64,000 nucleotides of DNA, taken from the NCBI GenBank assembly GCA_021203805.1, contig JAJQAM010000046.1:23840-87839 (forward strand). Direction: 5' to 3'. The stretch comes from Coprobacillus sp. Its GTDB lineage: Bacteria; Bacillota_I; Bacilli_A; RFN20; CAG-826. The notes below the pieces were generated by a model. That model searched no databases. It saw only the letters and a program-made list of their open reading frames with translations, and was not told the origin of the DNA. Every line of letters begins with the position of its first letter. Within the stretch, counting starts at the first letter, position 1. Shown in pieces: positions 58,734 through 64,000 of the stretch. The position numbers were made by a program, and so were the translations under genes.

Positions 58734-61277
58734 ATGATGATTTATTTAATTTGTGCAGGATCAGTCTTAGTCTTTGGAGCGATCTTAATCCCTCTAAAGT
58801 GCTCTAAAAAAGTAAGTCAAAACGTCATGACGTGGGTTTTACGCTTTGCCGCAATTCTCCTCATGGGTTTATTTTTTATTCGTTACTATGCCTATAGCGG
58901 CTCCGTCTTTACTAGTATCTATAAACTAGAGCTTAGTGAAACCGATCCCGAGTTCTCCTCGAGATGGCTTGCCGGTCTTACCGTTATCGCGGTCTGGCTT
59001 GAAATAGTCGCGGTCTTACTCTGCTCTTTATATCCCTTCTTTACCAGGTTTAAGGTCCTTAAAAACTACGCCAAGACTCTTGGCCTTGTTTCTAGTGTCC
59101 TTAACTTTGTTCTTATTGAGCAGGTCTCCTATTCATTCGCTGGGGAATATAGCCTTAACCTTTGCTCCATCTTTATGGCGATAGAGGTGGGACTAGTTAT
59201 TGTAATGTGTCTTCTCCCCTACCTAGAAAAAGGAGGCTATAAGATTAACGCGAGAGAGCTTTTTGATATGCTCTCCGTTTTTCTTATTATTGTTATCATG
59301 AGTGTCCCTCCCTATCTCCCCGAGGCTTTATTTGGAAGATTTGGTCTTAACCGTGTCAGCGGCTTTGAAACCTATCATAGAATGTATATCTATATCGCTA
59401 TTGGGATATTCGCTATCTTCTTACTATTACTACGTAATAGAGATAAAGACTTCATCCGTATGATGCTCCTCTATCTAATCATGGGCACGATAATCGCTTA
59501 TGCCTATAATGATAGCTTTAAAAACTTCACCGAGATTTATAGCTGGCCGCTACATCTATGTGAGCTTGGAATATTCCTTATCGCCATCTGCCTAGTCTTT
59601 AGGTGTAAATGGCTGTTTTGGTTTACCCTATTTGCAAACGTCGTTGGAGCCTTTGGCGCTATGCTCTTCCCAGGCTATAGCGGCTACTACGCTTTTAGCG
59701 ACTATGTCGTAAAGTTTTGGTATATCCACATCGCGACCTTTGTAACGCCTCTGCTCATGGTCCTTCTTGGAGTGTATGAAAGACCTAGGTTTAAGCAGTT
59801 CCTTACTGGATGCCTCGGCTTCCTCGTCTATTTTGTGGCTATCTGCTTTATCGATGCCATTCTTGTTAACTATCATAGCACAGTGGACTTCTTCTTTGTC
59901 GTCGGGACGGATATCACGGATGTTCTCGGGAGCTGGGCCACTAATATCCATAATAACTATATTTGGAGCTTTGAATTGGGAGAGCTTACCCTTAGCTTCT
60001 ACTGGCTATATCAGCTCATCTATTTTGGAGTCTACATCGTCATGATGGCGATTATGTATCTAGTCATCGAAGGCTTCCTCGTTTTAAGAGAAAACTATAA
60101 AGAAGCCGAAGATATTAACTATAGAGTGAGAGTGGAGGAATACGCTCTCAGAAAGAGAAATAATACAAGGAGATTAAGTGAGATTATGAATGAAGAAAGT
60201 AAAGACAAACTAGTGGTTAAAAATCTCTATAAGAGCTACGGCCACTCTAATATCTATGCCGTTGAAAATGCTTCCTTTACCGTCGAGGCGGGAGAGATAG
60301 TGGGCTTCCTTGGTCATAACGGAGCGGGTAAATCCACCATCATCAAATCAATCGTGGGTATTCACCCCGCCACAAGTGGTACTATTGAAGTTAATGGCTA
60401 CGACGTGAGTAAGCAGCCAGTGGAAGCGAAAAGTCAAATCGGCTTTGTCCCTGATCATTACGCCCTATATGAAAGACTAACAGGTAGACAGTATATTAAC
60501 TACGTCGCGGATTTATATAACGTCTCTATCTCTGATAGAGAGACAAGACTTAAAGATCTATGTGAGTCCCTATCTATGACGGACGCAATCGACTCAAAGA
60601 TCTCAACTTACTCTCACGGCATGAAGCAGAAGACCGCGATTATGGCGGCCCTTATCCATGAGCCAAAAGTCTGGATTCTTGATGAGCCGCTTACCGGTCT
60701 AGATCCAGTCAGTGTCTATGAGGTTAAGGAGTGTATGAGAAAGCACGCCGCGAAAGGTAATATCGTCTTCTTCTCCTCTCACCTTATCGATGTCGTTGAA
60801 AAGCTATGCGACCGTATTATTGTGATTAAGGAAGGTCATATTCTTCTAAACACTCCGCTTTCTAATATTGAAGCGAAATATGATGACCTTGAAAAGTTCT
60901 ATCTCGATATGAACGCGATAGACGTTCATAGATCAAAGGTAAAACCCGATAAGAAAGCGGCGAAAGGTATGAGCTATTTCTATCGTACTAAGCGTAGAGA
61001 GGCGAAAAAGAATCCGCCTGTTATTGAGACCACTCCATATCAGGAGTATGTCTTTGATACGATTAATATCAGCGCCGACGCTCCCAAAAAAGAAGAGAAG
61101 CGTCAGCCCACCCCTGAAGAGATCCTAAATAGCCTAATCGATGAGCTTCATAAGGATAACGAAAAAGCAAGAGAAGAGAGGCTAAGCCGAGAAGAGGAAG
61201 AAAAGGCGATTGCCGAACAGATGGCTCAGTACGGCATCGGTATCTATGACGACGGCTTTGGGATAAAGACCTATTAA
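58734..61277 (+). CDS. Fusion ORF: large polytopic membrane domain with a YwaF/TMEM164-like core (aa 1 to about 460) + ABC ATPase domain (aa 485 to about 715) + K/E-rich tail
   Basis: 847 aa. SWPLHLC...GAFGAMLFPG resembles the TIGR02206/YwaF signature, from memory. ABC motifs GHNGAGKST, YSHGMKQK, VWILDEP and SSH. An internal AAGGAG (60167..60172) plus in-frame ATG (60186) sits at the ATPase N-terminus. Confidence 0.7.
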   Translation: MMIYLICAGSVLVFGAILIPLKCSKKVSQNVMTWVLRFAAILLMGLFFIRYYAYSGSVFTSIYKLELSETDPEFSSRWLAGLTVIAVWLEIVAVLLCSLYPFFTRFKVLKNYAKTLGLVSSVLNFVLIEQVSYSFAGEYSLNLCSIFMAIEVGLVIVMCLLPYLEKGGYKINARELFDMLSVFLIIVIMSVPPYLPEALFGRFGLNRVSGFETYHRMYIYIAIGIFAIFLLLLRNRDKDFIRMMLLYLIMGTIIAYAYNDSFKNFTEIYSWPLHLCELGIFLIAICLVFRCKWLFWFTLFANVVGAFGAMLFPGYSGYYAFSDYVVKFWYIHIATFVTPLLMVLLGVYERPRFKQFLTGCLGFLVYFVAICFIDAILVNYHSTVDFFFVVGTDITDVLGSWATNIHNNYIWSFELGELTLSFYWLYQLIYFGVYIVMMAIMYLVIEGFLVLRENYKEAEDINYRVRVEEYALRKRNNTRRLSEIMNEESKDKLVVKNLYKSYGHSNIYAVENASFTVEAGEIVGFLGHNGAGKSTIIKSIVGIHPATSGTIEVNGYDVSKQPVEAKSQIGFVPDHYALYERLTGRQYINYVADLYNVSISDRETRLKDLCESLSMTDAIDSKISTYSHGMKQKTAIMAALIHEPKVWILDEPLTGLDPVSVYEVKECMRKHAAKGNIVFFSSHLIDVVEKLCDRIIVIKEGHILLNTPLSNIEAKYDDLEKFYLDMNAIDVHRSKVKPDKKAAKGMSYFYRTKRREAKKNPPVIETTPYQEYVFDTINISADAPKKEEKRQPTPEEILNSLIDELHKDNEKAREERLSREEEEKAIAEQMAQYGIGIYDDGFGIKTY

Positions 61278-61324
61278 TCTATATATAAATATAAATATAT
61301 AAATATATATATAAGGAAAGGAAT

Positions 61325-63067
61325 ATGAGCGAAAACGAGCTAGAAATTAATAGTAGTGACCCCTCACCAATGGAAGAGCCAAAAAAAGAGAGCATTTGGT
61401 CTAAACTTAAAAAAGGCTTTAAACAGGTGAAGATTCTTTTCCTTATGCAGTGCAGGGAAAAGATTGATTTCTCCGTTGTTCAAAACCCGAGAAAATGCTT
61501 TATTAGAATTCTCGTCTTCCTCATTGAGTTTGTCGTCATTGGGGCGGTAGCCTGGGCGGTCCTTCTCCTCTGTCAGTGGCTAAATATCTTTAGCCCAATC
61601 GGGATTATCCCTAACTCCGTGATGAGTGTGGTCTTCTTTATCTTATTTATTTTCTCGCTTATTACCTGCACCGCGGCCCTCTCAAGAGACTTATTCCATA
61701 GTAAGGATAATGAGGTCCTCGCCACCTATCCAAGTAGCGCTAACGCTATCTATCTCTCTAAGATTGGCGTGACTTTTATCCATGAGGTGAGAAAGACTCT
61801 TTTATTCTACGTTCCAATCTTCTTTGCTTTCTCGATTATTAGCGGTCACGCTTGGTATATCTATCTATGGGAGCTTGTAATGCTCCTCCTCTTTACCGTT
61901 TTAGAAACACTCCTAGCGGGCATCTTAGCCCTTCCGGTTCACTATATCATTATCGCCTTTAGACGCTACTTCGCGGTTAAGGTTACGGTCTCCGCAGTCT
62001 TTGCCGTCGGCGCGGTCGCTCTTGCCATTTGGCTTATCTCCCTTATCCCCGCGGATATCAATCTGATTACCATGTGGTCAAGTGTCTCGCAGGCGCTTCG
62101 TAACTTCCTTGACTGGTTTACAAAATACTTCTATATCTTCTACGCTTTTACCTTATTCTTAGTCGGACCCTTCCCCACAAACTCCTTTGCCTATAGCAGT
62201 GATCTCACCTGGGAAGTCTTCCTCGTCACTATGGCGTGTATTGTGGTCTTCTTTGCCCTTAATATTCTTATCTCTCACTATCTCTATCAGAGAGTCTCAA
62301 TTAGACAAAATGATAATCCCCCTCGTGTCATAAAAGCGGTTAAAAAGAATCATAGGAGAAGAGGCTTTAATAGCGACACTCACTACGAGAATATGAAGTT
62401 CTTCTATAACTCTAGTAACGTCGCTTCTTCAATTGCGGTCATTATCATTATGCCGCTTATTACGCTGCTTCTTAATAGCATCTTTGACGCTATCTCCACT
62501 AGACTGGTTGGAGACTACTTTGTCATCTGCTTTAATATCTTAATCGTCCTCCTCTTTACGACCTCATCTAACGTCTATGTCGCTTCGATATACTCGCGGG
62601 ATGCGGACGCCTTGAAGATCCAGAGGACCTTCCCAGAGGGCTATAAGAGAACAATCTTCCCTAAGCTTATTATGCCTCTTATCGTCTCGATGCTCACTCT
62701 TATCCCTTCCTCTATTATTTTCCTAATGAGGTGTAATATTAATACTGGTAATACAGTCCTAGTAATCTTAATGGAGGTCTGTATTGTTGTTGGTCATATC
62801 CTTTGGAGCGCAGAAATTGATTTCACCCATCCTCATACCGACCTATTCCAGACTAGCGGCGCTGCGGCGGTGAACCCTAATGAGACAAGATCTATTGTCT
62901 TATCCTTTGTCTTAAGCGCCATCGGCTTTGGTCTTACCTTCTTCTTCCTCATGTTTGCTAATCGATATATGTATCTACAGGTCTTTATAATCGCCCTTGT
63001 CTTCCTTATCTATAGGATTATTGCCTTTATGTATCGAAGTAAAGCCGCGCAGAGAAAGGAAGTATAG
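61325..63067 (+). CDS. Large polytopic membrane protein, probable permease partner of the ABC ATPase
   Basis: 580 aa, roughly 10 to 12 TM helices by eye. Adjacent to the ATPase gene on the same strand. AAGGAAAGGA SD. Confidence 0.6.
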   Translation: MSENELEINSSDPSPMEEPKKESIWSKLKKGFKQVKILFLMQCREKIDFSVVQNPRKCFIRILVFLIEFVVIGAVAWAVLLLCQWLNIFSPIGIIPNSVMSVVFFILFIFSLITCTAALSRDLFHSKDNEVLATYPSSANAIYLSKIGVTFIHEVRKTLLFYVPIFFAFSIISGHAWYIYLWELVMLLLFTVLETLLAGILALPVHYIIIAFRRYFAVKVTVSAVFAVGAVALAIWLISLIPADINLITMWSSVSQALRNFLDWFTKYFYIFYAFTLFLVGPFPTNSFAYSSDLTWEVFLVTMACIVVFFALNILISHYLYQRVSIRQNDNPPRVIKAVKKNHRRRGFNSDTHYENMKFFYNSSNVASSIAVIIIMPLITLLLNSIFDAISTRLVGDYFVICFNILIVLLFTTSSNVYVASIYSRDADALKIQRTFPEGYKRTIFPKLIMPLIVSMLTLIPSSIIFLMRCNINTGNTVLVILMEVCIVVGHILWSAEIDFTHPHTDLFQTSGAAAVNPNETRSIVLSFVLSAIGFGLTFFFLMFANRYMYLQVFIIALVFLIYRIIAFMYRSKAAQRKEV

Positions 63068-63071
63068 CCTT

Positions 63072-63542
63072 ATGAAAAAAAGCTCTATGTTTCTTATTGT
63101 TGTTGTCTTTGCGGTCGCGATTGTCGTCGTCTCTTTCTTTGGCCAGGCCATTTCAATGGACCAGTTTAAAGTCTATATGACCACTCTTGAAATCACTAAT
63201 GAGTATCAAACGTGGTATGATAGCGCTGGTAATCCGGTTATGAAGATGATTATGCTCCCTTATGATTGGGCTAACGGCTGGAGCTCGGTTTTCCTTACTT
63301 TTGAAACCGGCCCAGAAGACGCCACGGAAAAAGACGCAGTAAGGTGCTACCTCGCAAATAATACCTACACTATGGATAACGGAGAGACGGGATATTACGC
63401 CGATATCGTTAATCTCCGTGAAGTAGTGTTCTATAAGCCTGCGACGGTCAAAGCCTATGTCACCACCACAGATGGGTCTGGTCTTACCGATTCCATCGAT
63501 ATTTGGTGCTATGACCCTAATGTTTATAACTTTGACTTATAA
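63072..63542 (+). CDS. Signal-anchored extracytoplasmic beta-rich protein, possibly Ig-like
   Basis: MKKSSMFLIVVVFAVAIVVVSFF anchor, then a beta-rich domain (TVKAYVTTTDGSGLTDSIDIW). I use ATG 63072. The track start at 62997 lies inside the upstream gene. Confidence 0.6.
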   Translation: MKKSSMFLIVVVFAVAIVVVSFFGQAISMDQFKVYMTTLEITNEYQTWYDSAGNPVMKMIMLPYDWANGWSSVFLTFETGPEDATEKDAVRCYLANNTYTMDNGETGYYADIVNLREVVFYKPATVKAYVTTTDGSGLTDSIDIWCYDPNVYNFDL

Positions 63543-63565
63543 ATAATTATTATTAAGTCCATCCC

Positions 63566-63595
63566 AAAAAGCGGCTCACGGCTCAGCCGCTTTTT
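63566..63595 (+). terminator. Rho-independent terminator of the ABC cluster
   Basis: AAAAA-GCGGCT-(8 nt)-AGCCGC-TTTTT. Confidence 0.75.
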
Positions 63596-63729
63596 GTTTC
63601 TAAATGGGGACGAGTTAAAAAATTTATTATATAAAATATTTTAATTTATGGTCTTTTTTTGGGACATATACCCTAAAAGAGGCTAAAAACGGCGCAAAAC
63701 CCCTCTATTTTCCTCTTTCCTCAATAAAA

Positions 63730-63763
63730 TTGTTTTTTTTTTTTTTTTTGATAACACTATAAT
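63730..63763 (+). promoter_or_regulatory. Candidate promoter of the downstream lipoprotein gene with a poly-T spacer
   Basis: TTGTTT (63730..63735) and TATAAT (63758..63763) are separated by 22 bp, most of it the T tract. Confidence 0.4.
63733..63749 (+). repeat. Homopolymeric (T)17 tract in a promoter region
   Basis: I counted 17 consecutive T, between TTG (63730..63732) and TATAAT (63758..63763). Confidence 0.9.
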
Positions 63764-63792
63764 TTAAGCAATTGGCAGGAGGAGATGCCTAC

Positions 63793-63814
63793 TACTTATT
63801 TTGCAAAATAAGTA
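63793..63814. repeat. Perfect 22-bp palindrome (11-bp arms, no spacer) in the 5' leader of the lipoprotein gene
   Basis: TACTTATTTTG|CAAAATAAGTA. Confidence 0.85.
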
Positions 63815-63830
63815 CTAAAATAGAATAAAT

Positions 63831-64000
63831 ATGAATAGCAAAAAAGGATTATTTTTATCGATTATTGTCTCGGTAGGGGCGATGGGCGCCTTATCGAGCT
63901 GTTTAGGCGCCATTGAAGGGAATGAGTCAGACGCTACGGTCACTAGTGTAACTCTTAATAACCTTGCGACCTATTATTTACCCACTGACACGATTAGCTG
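63831..64000 (+). CDS. Lipoprotein, N-terminal part (runs off the window)
   Basis: My translation is MNSKKGLFLSIIVSVGAMGALSS-CLGAIEGNESDATVTSVTLNN..., a signal peptide plus lipobox LSSC. It is not in the track because it is open-ended. Confidence 0.7.
   Translation, partial: MNSKKGLFLSIIVSVGAMGALSSCLGAIEGNESDATVTSVTLNNLATYYLPTDTIS

Overview
This window is a chromosomal, almost entirely housekeeping segment of an AT-rich, low-GC Gram-positive-type genome. Gene content and synteny look Bacillota/Mycoplasmatota-like, possibly a wall-less or wall-reduced lineage, but taxonomy cannot be fixed from the sequence alone. The standard bacterial code applies: TGA ends at least 6 well-delimited genes here, several at ATGA overlaps. 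I support about 60 protein genes, 2 tRNAs (Ser-CGA, Gly-UCC), several consensus sigma70-type promoters and several rho-independent terminators. Recognisable blocks:
- proS (cut by the window edge) and tandem CNNM/CorC transporters.
- rdgB, trxA, mrp, pepP, glpK, addB/addA and a TGS-uridine kinase.
- A complete F1Fo operon (atpIBEFHAGDC), then ppa, trmL and rqcH.
- The conserved gmk...priA-rsmB-rlmN-stp-prkC-rsgA-rpe...rpmB neighbourhood.
- A dCMP deaminase-folD operon, glgCDA-leuS, coaX, trmB, pncB, tyrS and an ABC transporter cluster.

I found no rRNA, CRISPR array, transposase, integrase, phage gene or obvious defence island. I cannot point to a clear-cut new system. The observations most worth follow-up are:
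1. A ThyX-fold protein with a broken ThyX motif sits exactly where a thymidylate synthase is expected.
2. Two membrane-domain/enzyme fusions each keep an SD+ATG at the junction: a YwaF/TMEM164-like domain fused to an ABC ATPase, and an ECF S-component fused to a PepV dipeptidase next to coaX.
3. trmL is interrupted by a single in-frame TGA.
4. The ATP synthase c subunit carries a two-carboxylate Na+-type ion site.
5. A (T)17 tract lies in the promoter of a lipoprotein gene and is a candidate phase-variation switch.
6. Two proteins have fully degenerate catalytic motifs: a GGDEF-EAL protein and an RsmB-like protein.

All homology statements come from reading motifs by eye and from remembered family signatures. 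No database search or computation was run.
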